Part shown: positions 23,686 to 36,612 of the stretch, piece after piece
How positions within the stretch are numbered: position 1 is the stretch's first letter
Layout: each line of letters starts with the position of its first letter
Assembly: GCA_910592345.1 (NCBI GenBank)
Contig: CAJVPI010000160.1
Location: 1 to 47,713, forward strand
From: Paraglomus brasilianum
Taxonomy: Eukaryota
Length of the DNA: 47,713 bases
Direction of reading: 5' to 3'
Program-made: the position numbers and the translations under genes
Notes under the pieces: model-generated
Databases searched by the model: none
Told to the model about the DNA's origin: nothing
What the model saw: only the letters and a program-made list of their open reading frames with translations

Positions 23686-25514
23686 TATATAAAGAGCTCA
23701 CAAAGTATACGCACGCACACGTAAACTATTTTAAGGAGTATTAGAAAGTTTATGCAATGTGATGGTACAAACTGAATACACGAAGAGGCGGCAAACATTC
23801 GTAAATTTTTGCGACAAGAGTTCTCCCTCGGCAACTGGTTGCAGAACGATACTTGTTCTATGGATTAACGTGGTAAGTAAACATTATTTAGTATTATTAT
23901 ATCGGCGAATATTACGCGTCTTTTGCCATGCGGTGAGTATGTCGAAACTAAGTGTCGGTTTACTTCAACGTCGATTTACAGAAATTTATTGTCATATTTA
24001 ATTTCATTGTTACTAATTAGGGGGGGGGGAAATTCTTGGATTACAATTTTAGTTAGAGTATTAGTTGTAGGGCATGTTGTATTATCTCGACATGTACGTC
24101 TTCTCTTGTTTGTAAATTGATCGGTGGTGACATCATTTTTGGCTGGATACTATTAACATTAACCGATAAATCTCTCAAAGAGAGCTATATACCCACGTTT
24201 ATTATGTAAGTATGGTTTACGTCATATGGTTGATGCAATTGGTCAGTCATTATTTGTGCTACATCCAGACGAAATAAAGGCGTTGCGTCTTCTTGCCTAA
24301 TAAAGTAAACAAATTCATAGCTTGCGTTCTAGTGCAGACACAAACAGTGTTACAACGGTAAGGGTTATCTAGAGTGCAGAGTCAAATGGAAAGAGAAAGT
24401 GGTAGTTGGTAGATGACGCGATGTAGAATGTACTAAAAACTTGGTATTAAACTAATGTATTTTTGTATTCGGATAGTGATGTGGCATTATTTGATCATTG
24501 GTCAAACCCACTCTTTACTTTTTCTATTTCAAAAAATAGCAATTAACCCAACTGTACGAAGCCAGTCTCACAGGAAACCAACGAACGCACTCCAAGCACT
24601 TCCTCAAATACTGCATCTCGGAACCTCCATCAATTAACATGCATGTAGCTAATTCTTGAAGGCGGCCCTTTTACCTTCTATTGCTAAGACATAAACTCAC
24701 ACTCGTATGTTGTGCTAAACTTTTTAAATAAATGAAATATTGAACCTTTAGTTAAATGATTTTTTCCTGTTGGTCCGATACTCCAGTGTCCGCTTAGTCT
24801 ACAGATAACTATTTACAACGCAACTGACGTAAGATTATGGCATAACAGCGCGTTTTCATTATATTGATCTTAAAAGAGACTACTGTCGCCTAAATAGTGA
24901 CAGAAAAAAAAAGTACATTGCCCTAGAAACGGGCTATTGGTATGTAGGTATAAATAACAAGTATGAATGACGTATACTAATATCCGCAAACCTGCCCATT
25001 TACATTTGATGTGACAGAAATTAGTTGTAGGCTTAAGAATGTAGTTACGATAATGTTGGCGCTGACGCAGATCAGACATACGCTTTACGTCATGAGACGC
25101 CGCATGAGCTTTTAACGGCAAAACGATCTTAGCGCCAATAGCAGAATAACAATAGGATAAACCCGAAAGTGATGCTATGGAATTAGAAGTAATATGTAAA
25201 TTCAAAGTCAGAGGTAGACACGAAGTCATAAATGAGAAAGTATCACCATACATGGGGGCAGCTTTTAGGCCAAACATTAAAGCTAAACTCGAATAAGGAA
25301 ACAAATTCAGTCCTACGGTCTTAGTAACTATGACGGCAATGATTTTAGTGCTGAAAAGGAAATGCGAATACTCATTTTGTTTGCAGCGCGCCCACAGCAT
25401 ATATTGCGAGGGAAAATGTGGGAAAAAGGAGAATTACGTAATAGCAACATAACATACGGCTTGGCATTTGTATAAAAAGACCGATGGCATTTTGGAGAAT
25501 TCACACCTATTAAT

Positions 25515-26903
25515 ATGGCTTCGCATACCATCGTTGGTATAGATGAGAATAGTCCGCTTATTACTGAGCGTACGACACGGCCATTAAAAACATCATGGAT
25601 AAATTCATTTTTAATATTTGTTCCTTTTGGGTTTTTGTCCCATTTTTTGAATTGGAGTGACACCTGGGTGTTCGTGACGAATTTCCTTGCTATCATTCCA
25701 CTTGCCAAATTACTCGTATTCGCTACAGATGATCTTTCTCGTCGTACTGGTCAGGTGTATATTAATTGACTCAATAGCATGAAACTTGTTGATGCCAATA
25801 TTCTAAACTCTATCTATTTGATAGACTGTGGGAGCTCTCCTGAATGCTACATTTGGCAATGCTATCGAACTTATTATTGGAATTGTTGCCCTCTTCAAAG
25901 GAGAAATAGTACTTGTTCAAGCATCCATGATGGGTTCAATTATATCAAATCTGCTTCTTGTCTTGGGAGCATGTTTTCTTGCCGGTGGTATTAAGTACTC
26001 GATACAAGAATTCAACGAGACAACGGCACAAACAAATGCTAGTTTGATGACATTGGCTTGTATTGCATTGATCATTCCAGCTTCCTTTAGCGTTGCCACT
26101 CATCATATAGACAGAAACGCTCCCGAAGTGGTGGGTCTGAGTCATTACACGGCGATAGTTTTATTGATCGTTTACGTGTTATATTTGCTGTTCCAGGTAA
26201 AGAGCATGATTAACCATTGACTTGAAAACTGTACCGACGTCATTCATCTGGGGAACTCTGATAATAATGATATTTTTTAAATCGTTTTGACCATAGCTTA
26301 AAACTCATGCTTATTTGTATACCACAAACGAAGAGAGCGAAAGACCTGAACTCCCTCTTGCAGTTTCCGTGATTCTTTTGGCCGTGGCTACTGTCATTGT
26401 CGCCGCATGTAGTGAATTTCTCGTATCCTCCATAGAAGGTATCACCGAGTCTCTAGGATTGCCCAAGATATTTGTTGGTCTTATTCTACTTCCCGTCGTC
26501 GGTAATGCTGCAGAGTCTATGACGGCTATTAGTGCTGCTATAGAAAATAAGATGCAGTTGGCTATTGGTATTGCAGCGGGAAGTTCACTTCAAATTGCTC
26601 TGTTTGTGACGCCCTTTTTGGTTGTGCTTGGTTGGATTATCAATCAACCGATGACTTTATCCTTCGATTTGTTTGAGACAATATTGTTATCCGTCTCTGT
26701 GTTGATTATGAATTATTTAATTCAGGTAAGTAAATCAACTGCAGCACTTGATTTTTAACGATAATGGATGTACTTAAAAGAAATTTTAATAGGATGGTAA
26801 ATCTAATTGGTTGGAAGGCGCTTTGCTTCTTGCGACATACGCTATTATTGCTATCGCTTTTTACTTCTATCCGGCTGATATTCCAGGAACTATAAAGTCA
26901 TGA
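25515..26903 (+). CDS. VCX1: Vacuolar Ca2+/H+ exchanger (CAX family), 4 exons
   Basis: [84 protein letters not shown]. It may be one of several CAX paralogues. Confidence 0.9.
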
Positions 26904-27259
26904 AAATCATAATTGTGCCAAAATATTTGTAAATATCCGAAACAATATTGTATAGTAATTAATATTTCAGAATAAACTTTTATTTGCAACGTGATCAATC
27001 ATAGCTTAACGCCTTTGGTAAGAGAGACTTCATTCGAATTTGATACTGAAAACATATAGGAATGAGTAGTGAAAGGATTGATGCGTAAAAAATAACTGGT
27101 TTTTCGAATTGGACATGTGATGTAGTTCGTCAAGATAGTTCAAATTCTGTACCAATTCTTCCACATACTTGAAAGAAAAGGAATGTTTATTAACAACTCT
27201 TTTCGGAATAATACATTAATGTCATTTTAGTCATTTTAGTCTATATGCGCTTACTTGTT

Positions 27260-27291
27260 ACACGTGATTTGGTAAACTCAGTGTGATTGGT
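27260..27291. promoter_or_regulatory. E-box (CACGTGA) plus inverted CCAAT upstream of DBP9
   Basis: ACACGTGAT about 90 bp and GATTGG about 65 bp upstream of the ATG. Short motifs, function unproven. Confidence 0.35.
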
Positions 27292-27352
27292 TGTTTTAAC
27301 GGGAATTTAAAAGTTTTCTGAAAACATAAAATTTAAAAATATATACCTCTCC

Positions 27353-29916
27353 ATGGCCACAAATGATACTAATTCACACGAGCAAAAGAGCAATTTCGAA
27401 GACTTTGGACTCGATTCCCGCCTTCTACGTGCCCTGTCCAAACTTTCTTTCGTTAAACCAACATTAGTACAATCCCATATTATCCCCTTGGCACTTTCCG
27501 GAAAGGACATACTTGCAAGAGCTCGGACTGGCAGTGGTAAGACAGCTGCATATTCACTGCCTGTAATACAAAAGATATTAAAAGCGAAGGAGGTAACATA
27601 GAAAAAAAATGAGCCAATACTGAAAATTCAATGACAAATAATTAACGAAATACTAACGAAACAGCTGGCACAATAGAATGCAGATTATGACTCTTCCTCG
27701 GCAACGCGGGCTTTGATCCTTGTTCCTACACGTGAGCTTGCAGAACAAGTCACGAAACAAGTGAATAAAATGTTGATCTACTGTTCAAAGCAACTAAAAA
27801 TTGTTAATGTTGCTGGAAATATGCCTGTTCAATTACAAAAGTGAGTGATTTTGTTGTAGACGCGATATACCATATGCTTCGATACTCAATTTGTGATCTC
27901 TTCAATGTATAGGCCAATTTTGGCCGAGGAGCCAGATATAATAGTAGCCACACCAAGTAAAGTAGCAGCGCATCTTGAATCACAGGTAAAGTCGCGTTTA
28001 CAAAGTTCACTTTGGATATGCATAGGGATTAAGTAAGGTCCCCTAACATAATTTATTTAATGCACCAATTGAAAGAATCTCGACATCAGAAATAGTTTAG
28101 AAACGCTTGTTATAGATGAAGCAGATCTAATACTATCGTATGGCTATGAAGAAGACTTGCAGAAAATACTTTCATACTTACCGAACGTGTATCAAAGTTT
28201 TCTAATGAGTGCTACGATGACAAAGGTACGTGTTTACAAAGACATTCCATCCGCGAGAAGATTTCGCTGATTGCCCTTGAATAATATTTAGGATGTCGAA
28301 AGTCTTAAGAAGTTGATATTGCGGGATCCGGTAAGCATGTCCAATGCTACTCAACATATCATTAAAAAGCTCAGATCAATTGCTCTAACCCATAATTAGG
28401 TGATTTTAAATTTAGAAGAAGATAAAGACGAATTGGCTCTTCTAACACAGTATTGTATTCGGTAAGATTTTATAATCCTTCGGAACTTAAAAATCATGAC
28501 TTGGTAGGGAAAGCTCGCCTAATATCACCCATTATTTCCTATGAAAGATGCTCTGAAATCGATAAATTCCTTTTGATCTATGTTATTCTGAAACTCCGCC
28601 TCATCAAAGGAAAGTGTATACTGTTTGTCAACGACATAGATCGGTCATATCGATTGAAATTATTTTTGGAGCAGTTTTCAATACGCAGCTGCATATTGAA
28701 CTCTGAACTGCCTCTGAACTCGAGGTATCACATTGTGGAAGAATTTAATAAAGGGATATATGACTACATAATTGCAACGGATGAAGATGAGCTCAAGGGA
28801 GAAAGAGACGAGGAAGATGAAACACTAGATAATAACAATAGTGAGGGTAAGACTCTGCGTATATTCAAACGTCAACTGTATTGAAATCATGTCGACAATA
28901 TCTAATGTCTCAACCATCGCATCTCCAATCTAGCATCCAAAGGCACAAAATCTTCTCGTCGTAAACGCGATACGGAATACGGCGTCTCGCGTGGGATTGA
29001 CTTTGTCAACGTTTCGGCAGTAATAAACTTTGACTTTCCAACAACTGCAAAATCGTATACCCATCGAATAGGTCGCACAGCTCGAGGAGACAAATCAGGG
29101 ATGAGTTTATCTTTTATTGTTCCAAAAGAGCTTTATGGGCAACATAAAGCTGTTGGCTGTTCTACTGCAGAACGTGATGAAGAGATCTACGCAAGAGTCG
29201 AAAAACAACAGAGAGAGAAAGGTGCCGTGATTAAACCATATGCGTTTGATATGAAACAGGTTGAGGGATTTAGGTATAGGATGGGAGATGCGTTGAAGGC
29301 TGTTACCAAGGCTGCAATCAAGGAAGCAAGACAGAAAGAAGTGAAACAAGAAATATTAAATTCAGAAAGGTTAAAGGTGAGACTGAAACATTTTGTATAT
29401 ACTTGTTTGTACATATTTTGCATAATGACAAATAACATTTTTGCAACAGTCACATTTCGAAGATAATCCAAATGACCTGAATTTTCTGCGACACGACAAA
29501 GTTCTTCATCCAACGCGTATACGACCACATATGAAACATATTCCGTCATACTTGATGCCAAAAGTAGCTTACTCTGCTGTAAATGAGCAAAGTGAAACTT
29601 CGGATGTTGGTCATGTCTACTTTCGTGGGAACTCTTCAAATAAACATCGAAAAGGACGTAAAGGTTATGGACAGGTAAGAAATGTTAGCATACTGTTAGA
29701 GATATTACTGGATATTTATAAAAAGGTCGATTTATGAATTGATTAACACCAAAATTGATTTGAAATACAGAGACAGAAAAATGATCCATTGAAGACTTTC
29801 AGTGCAGGAAAGTCAAATAGAATAAGAAAACGACAGGTCAGTAAAATAACTTGTTCATCATATCCAAAACATTACTCAATTGACTAATTTTTGTTTTCTT
29901 GTAGAAAACTTCGTGA
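27353..29916 (+). CDS. DBP9: ATP-dependent DEAD-box RNA helicase DBP9/DDX56, about 11 exons
   Basis: [48 protein letters not shown]...[61 protein letters not shown]. Confidence 0.95.
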
Positions 29917-31350
29917 CCGTGAACGATTGGTTATGAAGGGAGATTAATAAATAAATCATCTATTTATACAATTGCCTTAGCGTTAGTCTATTGGTATTAC
30001 GCGTAGCCTATAGAATGTTTCCCTGGGATTAACAGCTCGGAATTTAACAACTTCTCGTCGCATAGTGTATTAATCGTTTTATAATCTAAAGCTTTTATCC
30101 TGGTGATCCATAGTAGCATGTGAATCGCTATCAGAAGCTTTTTTAGCAAGCGGTTGGCCGATATTGTTTATCAGTATCATGTTGGCCTACGTAGTTCAAT
30201 AACGGTCATTCTTCTTTCAGTGCTGCAGCTTTTTTGGATTAATTTAACTTCAAAGCTATTAAGGAACTTTGATTGAGGTATCGCCAAATTTCACGCCATG
30301 CAAAAGAGAACAAAAAAAAATACACAAACCCTCGCCGTCACGTTTGATAACTACTGCGGTCATAGGCGACCACTTTTTCCAAGGGGTCGAGACCGCATTA
30401 TGCAGGTATATGTTCTCTATAGAATCTGATAATTATCAAATTTTACCAAGGCAGTATGGAATTAAGAAATGCCAGCTTCCAATTTTTAAAAAACTCGTGT
30501 CGGCTTACTTTAGACGAAAACTATACTTCAGTAAGCCAAATTTCCCACTCAATATGCTTAAGGTAAGGGCAATGGCTATGCCTATTCCATATTCCGTTAA
30601 ATCGATGATTTCATGACCATCATAAATAATAATTACTTGATAAAAACCGCAAGAATAAGTAAAGGCGCTTCTCGTCTTTTATTATTATAATCTCTCGGCG
30701 TATACGACTGTCAGTACCTAATCGATTCTCTTGTTTCTTTTTAAAATACTTGTCACGAGGGGTCTTTTGTAATAGTTGGCTTGGGTTTTTGGAATATTTT
30801 ATTCTGCTTTGCGAATTACCAATAAGGATAAAGGGTTCACACTTCATCCCAGTACATGACATTCCTAAATTGCAATCTCTTGCGTAACAAGTTCTTTACA
30901 ACAGCTCCATATTTTGTCTACCGAACGGTTAACAAATCACCAAACACCCTTTCTCGTTCGCATCTAACTCACACTACTAGTCGGGGAGAACCTACCATAA
31001 TCGACGCTACCACCCACGACGTATCCTGCGTATAAACAGATAGAAATAGGGCAAAATTCTATGTCGATTACTTGGTACGTAAATACTTCAATAGTGATAG
31101 AGAGACTCTTAGCTCTTATTACTGTGTCATATAAGTGATATTAACATCTAATGAGTTGATTAAACTTTATTGATTAACTATGTAAGATTTTGGAAGCAGA
31201 GAACCAAGCTCGACTTCCTTATAACAATAGATTAAGTGTTTGTGTGTCCCTTCCATTTATTACAACTGTTATAGCAATGCGAAAGAAATCAGATAAATAA
31301 ATCAAGGACATTGAACTTCAGTCTAGTACGGACTGACAACATACCGACCT

Positions 31351-32087
31351 CTACCCAAGACCAGCAACTACTCCACGGATACGTCGAGCAAGTTGAATAT
31401 CTTTCTGCATAAGCGTGACTCTCTTGGCGTGAATTGCACACAGATTGCTAATAAACCGAGTAACAATGTATAAGCTGGACGATAAACCAAAAGCCAAAAG
31501 ATGGAAGCAATCGTAATACTTACGCATCCTCGAACAAATGTACCAGAAATGCTTCTGCAGATTCCTGCAAGGCCAATAAAGCCGCGCTTTGCCACCTTAG
31601 GCCAACGTCGCCTTCAGTGATGAATTCTTGAGAAATTTCGCGTACCTGAACATGGAATGATGTAATAAACATCGTAATTAGGTTTCACGTATTCTTCGTG
31701 CATAGCCATACATACGGTGCAGAAGTTACGACTTACCACCCTTGCAAAAGGCAGCTTTCGAAGAAGTAAATCTGTAGTCTTTTGATAATGTCGTATTTCT
31801 CTAAGAGCTAACGTGCCGGGTCGATATCGCCTTTTGCCTCTTCCAGGGTTTATAGGATCCCCGACTAGCGAATACGACCGTGTCAGGTTAGCATTAATAC
31901 AGCTTTTCTCAAAGAGGTTATAGAACGAGACAATATCTAGCAATGATATGTTGGCATTACCTCTTTGCCTTGTCGAACTAGGCGACGTTAGTGGTCGTAG
32001 TCTTTTTGATGCTGGTGGTCGTCGTCTTTGGGGTGTTCTTGCTCTTGAGGGAGTTGACTGTCGTGAACTGTCACTACCACGTGCCAT
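31351..32087 (-). CDS. CSE4: Centromeric histone H3 variant CENP-A, 4 exons
   Basis: Non-H3 R/S/P-rich N-tail, then [98 protein letters not shown]. The longer loop 1, LRWQ and LVHLFED are CenH3 diagnostics. Confidence 0.93.
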
Positions 32088-32329
32088 ATATGTTAATACG
32101 TGTTTATAATACTATTACTATACACTGATATAATATTGAATAGTGGGTGTCGTATCTATTCTTTTCGTTCCATCAAATCCGATATACAATGACAACGAAA
32201 AAGTTCTTAAGGGTGAATAGAAAGAATAACGCGACAGGGTCCCTTTAAAAGGACCCTCTCGTCTAATCTCGGTTTTTGGAAAGTTGTATAATTCCTGAGG
32301 AGTGACAAAGTGATGGCGAAAAAAAATGT

Positions 32330-32339
32330 GACACGTGAT
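32330..32339. promoter_or_regulatory. E-box CACGTG upstream of CENP-A
   Basis: GACACGTGAT about 245 bp upstream of the minus-strand ATG. Confidence 0.3.
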
Positions 32340-32579
32340 AATCGAGATAGCAAACCCCTGACAACAACAAAATTGATATATTACATATAAAGTAAGTATA
32401 TGTGCACAGATAATAATTATAGAAAAAATTACGTTCTCTAGTCTAAATTGGGACTGTTGTTTATATATTAATATAGGATATACTGTACGACGCTAAAAGT
32501 GTAATAATAACTAGCAATACATGCAACGGGTTTCTGTATAATATGTCTTAATCAGCAGCCAAAAGTTAACTTTGTGAAT

Positions 32580-32935
32580 GTCTTGTCAATGCTTTATTGT
32601 GGCGATAAGTAAAAACTTGTCTAACTGTACTATTACTGATTTGTTCAAGATAGATAAAGACCGTTGCAACAAACAACTGCCGTATCGCAATCAACTGTCT
32701 ATTGTGTTAACAAAAAACTTCCATTGTTTGCTTTCTTTGATTTTTGTTTTTCACTGAAATTTAACATTTATTGATATCAAGAAAGCTGGAAGTCTATGAA
32801 AGAGAATCGTTGCAAGTGTCAACGCTTTATTATTATTACGGCCGTAAAAAGTGTTTGTTTACTAGAAGTTTTCTGACTGTACGATCACTGATTTTGTTTT
32901 AAGATTAAATAAAGATTATTAGAACAAACATGTCA
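32580..32935. repeat. Diverged direct repeat, two ~100-120 bp units
   Basis: TGTCAATGCTTTATT...ACTGTACTATTACTGATTTGTTCAAGAT...AACAAACA versus TGTCAACGCTTTATT...ACTGTACGATCACTGATTTTGTTTTAAGAT...AACAAACA. Confidence 0.6.
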
Positions 32936-33039
32936 AATGGGAGCTCTTGCGTTATTCATACTTGTTGCATTGTCGTTGTAAGTTACCGTAATGTTTCTTT
33001 GAAGTCATCCCATCTAATAGTTTTACAAGGTGACTCTTA

Positions 33040-33610
33040 TGTTAATCATGAAATTTAATTCGATACTTTCATAATAACCGCAAATTACTAAATATAGATA
33101 AAATCAATGGTAGCATTATTTTTATTCTGTCCTCCTGCGTAATCTTTAAATACTTTCACCTTTATTCAATTTCTTAATTCCATCGAATACCATGTTCAAT
33201 GTACCATTAGGACCTTTGCCGATAATTCGTCTTCATCAAGAACGTAATTAATTTGTTCGCGTACCGCCTCATCTTGAATACCCTTTACGTGGACTAAGAT
33301 AATAAATTTTACTTACCTGTTGATCGGAATGGGAAACGTGGACGGTTTGCAACTGTAATGAGCAGCAGCATCAACGCTACAACAATCAGCTTTACCTCTT
33401 GTTATAAAATGCTCATTTACCAATTTTCTCTGTTGTTCTGCTAATCTCGTATTTTGTTGTATTTTTTCAACAAATCTCTTGCTTCTTCTTCCTTGCGAGC
33501 ATTATACGGCCATTCCGAAAATGTTGACAAGTATCGCATAGATCCGTTCTTGGACTCATAATTTGAATATAAGGCGTTAATTGGTGTCATAACTTGCGAA
33601 ATGTATCAAA
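33040..33610 (-). mobile_element. Degenerate DNA transposase catalytic region, Sola-like
   Basis: PRTDLCDTCQHFRN, NVHVSHSDQQVSKIYYLSPRK, IQDEAVREQINYVLDEDE, DYAGGQNKNNAT (DxxxGQNKN motif), GYYESIELNFMI; frameshifted. Confidence 0.7.
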
Positions 33611-33879
33611 TTTCAACGTGCTGTCGTTTTCGAGACCATTAATTTTTTGAAATTTGCAAGCAAGTACGACCGTGATTTCCGCTTAGTGGTACGAAAATCT
33701 CCGATTCCGCAGTACAGATTGGCGCAGAAATAATTATAATGAACACTTGTTTACCGGATAAGGACAATTCTTGACAGACCATTCCAAATAAGGCCATAAT
33801 TCTTGACAATCACAAGACAGGCCAATAGACACAAATTACCCCATCGAGCCAGTTTTCTTGGCAGTAGTGAAACGGTAAT

Positions 33880-34143
33880 TACCGTAATAAGGGCCGCCTT
33901 CATGGCTCTTATTCACGGGATGTTTAAAAACAATGCAAAATGATCTACGAATCGTCACGTAACAATTGTCTGTTTTATTACATAATCACGAACTATTTTT
34001 CATATAAATAAAGTAATATATGACGTCGCAGCTGTTTCATAACATTACGGCCCTAATTCACAGTAGCATTTTTTTCATATGAGGGGCCCTTATTCACGGT
34101 AGGCCTTATTCACGGTAGGCCCTTATTCACGGCAGTTTACGGT
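33880..34143. mobile_element. Degenerate MITE with CCGTA/TACGG ends and subterminal tandem repeats
   Basis: Left TACCGTAATAAGGGCC; right (GGCCCTTATTCACGGTA) x3 ending GCAGTTTACGG. Confidence 0.6.
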
Positions 34144-35399
34144 GGTTATAAATATGAGTCGCGGCTGATAGTTAAAATCATCTTCAGAATCTTCAGAAGC
34201 TCAAAAGATCAGATCATTCAGCAAGTTCCTTCAACGGATATCCTCTCACTTGGAGTACCAAGTGACTTTAGGCGTTTTATGTACTTGTCATGGTAAGTCA
34301 ATACTTCTACGGAGCCGCGTTTGCGTGCTAAAGACAAAGAAGCAGTTAGCGAGGCAATGGAAAGGCAAATCGCATTCAAGGTCAATAATATTTTTCAATT
34401 TAGCACTTGTCAATATTAGTCAATTTCCAGATTTGTTTAAACGAGGGTAAACGAGACAATTAAGAAACAAGATAACAGTAATAAACAGGTAGATTTATCT
34501 TACCCTATGTACAGTACACACTACTCTATGTCCCCAACGCCCGAGTCACAAAGTGGTTACCTGGTTGAGACACTAAAGCATCTAGCAACGTCTTCCTCCG
34601 CTCCAACTAATAAGTTTCTCTTGTTTCCAACACGTTCTCTCCCCCTTAGTACTCTTCCTGTTGTCCACGCCTCAGTTTTTCCAACCTATCCAACTTTGCG
34701 TCAACTCTTGTTTCAACTCAGCGGTGTTCATGTCTAACGAAGTGAAGTGTTTGTAAGAAGATGTGCTGCCGCGATGTGATCTAATATACTAATCAGTGGC
34801 TTAATCAATGACGTATTAGTATATTATAATTAGGAACTTTTCACAATATGCAGAATGTGACCAATGATAATCAATGCGCAGAAATTGCGTCCTTGATTTT
34901 ATCGCTTAAAAAAGCGTTCGAGTTATAATCCGGACCTGATTGTGAACGAAGTATCAGCGATAAGCGTGATCAGCTCGCAGATTTCAATAGCGATTATAAT
35001 ATGTTTTCTTTAAGCGACAACGTGGTGAAATGAATAGTACTGATACCAATTGAAGCGTTTATTACACATATGCCATAACCATGGACTTAAACAGTTTATT
35101 TGCCGATTCAAACGTAATGATTTATTCTGGTGTTTCCTATTTATTACTTTAATACTTACCCACTGTTTCTAACACGATACAGGTTTGAATTGTGTCGGAT
35201 TTGTAGTACTTGTGGTACAGCGAACCAAAATTATCGTATTCTTACTCGAGAATCGTGGAAAGTCCCGATCGTCGATAATTATTAACAGTAATAAAGAAAC
35301 AGATATTTGCTTTATGTTTCTAGTTTTCGTTTTTTTCCTGGTTCATCATGTGTTGGGGGTAAGGTTTGTTTATTGTTTATTATTTTTCGTGAATTTTAT

Positions 35400-35792
35400 A
35401 AGTGATTTTTTCTTTATCGAGATATTCCTCGAGAATTTTGGTGTCATTGATTTTAAAACGTATGGAGCAAGTTTTTCTCCTTGTTCTTTTTTAGAAAGCT
35501 TCTAATAGTACTGTAATTCTTTGGTTCCATGGTGGATTTAATATAAATTAGTTTCATGTTATATTTTGTATAGACATGATCCTATATTAACCATGTTATT
35601 ATTACGACTTCATATTAGTCACATTCTGGCATAATATTAATTTAAAACTGTAATTTACATAAATTTGTGTATGAGTCACAGTTGTGATAATCAAAAATTA
35701 GTCAAATTAGTTAACTTTTAGCCACATCAGCCTCTCATTTATGTCACATAATAAAATGTTCACTTTGTCTGGTTTGTTGCAGTATGCCCCAT
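35400..35792 (-). repeat. Dispersed repeat copy 2, inverted relative to 21468-21900
   Basis: Reverse complement reads ...AAACCAGACAAAGTGAACATT...GACATAAATGAGAGGCTGATGTGGCTAAAAGTTAACTAATTTGA and IKSTMEPKNYSTIRSFLKKEQGEKLAPY. Confidence 0.85.
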
Positions 35793-36439
35793 GTTAAACT
35801 GCTTTTTGTTATATTTCTTCTATTTTTTATTTCTTTCTTGGTTTATCAAAAGTAGAGCCTTACACTGTTATGGTTGGTATTTATTTTAGTGGGGCAGATG
35901 AGTTGGTGCTTCAATGCCAACATGAAAGTAGTAAAGCCAAGACAAAAGAGAAAAGTTGGTGGATCAGTGCAAATTACAAAAATATAAAAAATAGGACTGC
36001 CAACTGAGTATGGATAACATTCCACTGTGAAAACTTTATGTTTTAATTTTCATTGAGCTAAAAATGTGCTGCAAAGGTATATAATGATGGAATAGAGAGT
36101 CTAGGAATGCTCTTTCAATGAATACTAACTTTGATAGTTACTCTACTAATAAAGCATTGATGATGTTTAAAACACAATCAGTAAGAATTAATAATATCCT
36201 TGTAACATCTAACAAAATCCATGGAGGAGAACTGGTGAGTTTTTCTCCACAGTATAAATCTGCAAGGAAATTGAAATCAGAAGTGCTGTCTTTCCATTTG
36301 CATTGTTGTCCATAGGAGAATATATTAATCTGCACTTTTTTGAACTTATTGGCAACTATTGTTGGAGGGGTGAGGGATAGACCATATTCAGTTGGTGGTA
36401 GTGGTGGTCTTACAATCTGATTTTATATGAACAACTGGA

Positions 36440-36612
36440 TCTGAAGTCTTTTATCAAAGGAAGTGATTTTATCTTTATCCAGATATTCCTGGAGAGTTTG
36501 GGTAAATCAAAAATTATCAGCTACAGTAGCTAATTTCAGCCACACCAGCAATTTTGAGTCCAGATGATCTAATGTTCCTTTTTGTCTGGCTTTGTTGCAG
36601 CTTTGCCCCAAT
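36440..36612 (-). repeat. Dispersed repeat copy 3, internally deleted and diverged
   Basis: Reverse complement TGGGGCAAAGCTGCAACAAAGCCAGACAAA and CCCAAACTCTCCAGGAATATCTGGATAAAGATAAAATCACTT match ~21472 and ~21826. Confidence 0.75.

Noticed and set aside
24870..25708. Long minus-strand ORFs (176 and 126 aa) near VCX1
   Set aside because: One is antisense to a real exon and neither has motifs or convincing composition; likely spurious.
30000..30900. Possible decayed gene between DBP9 and CENP-A
   Set aside because: Only short peptide-like pieces between many stops; no family can be supported.
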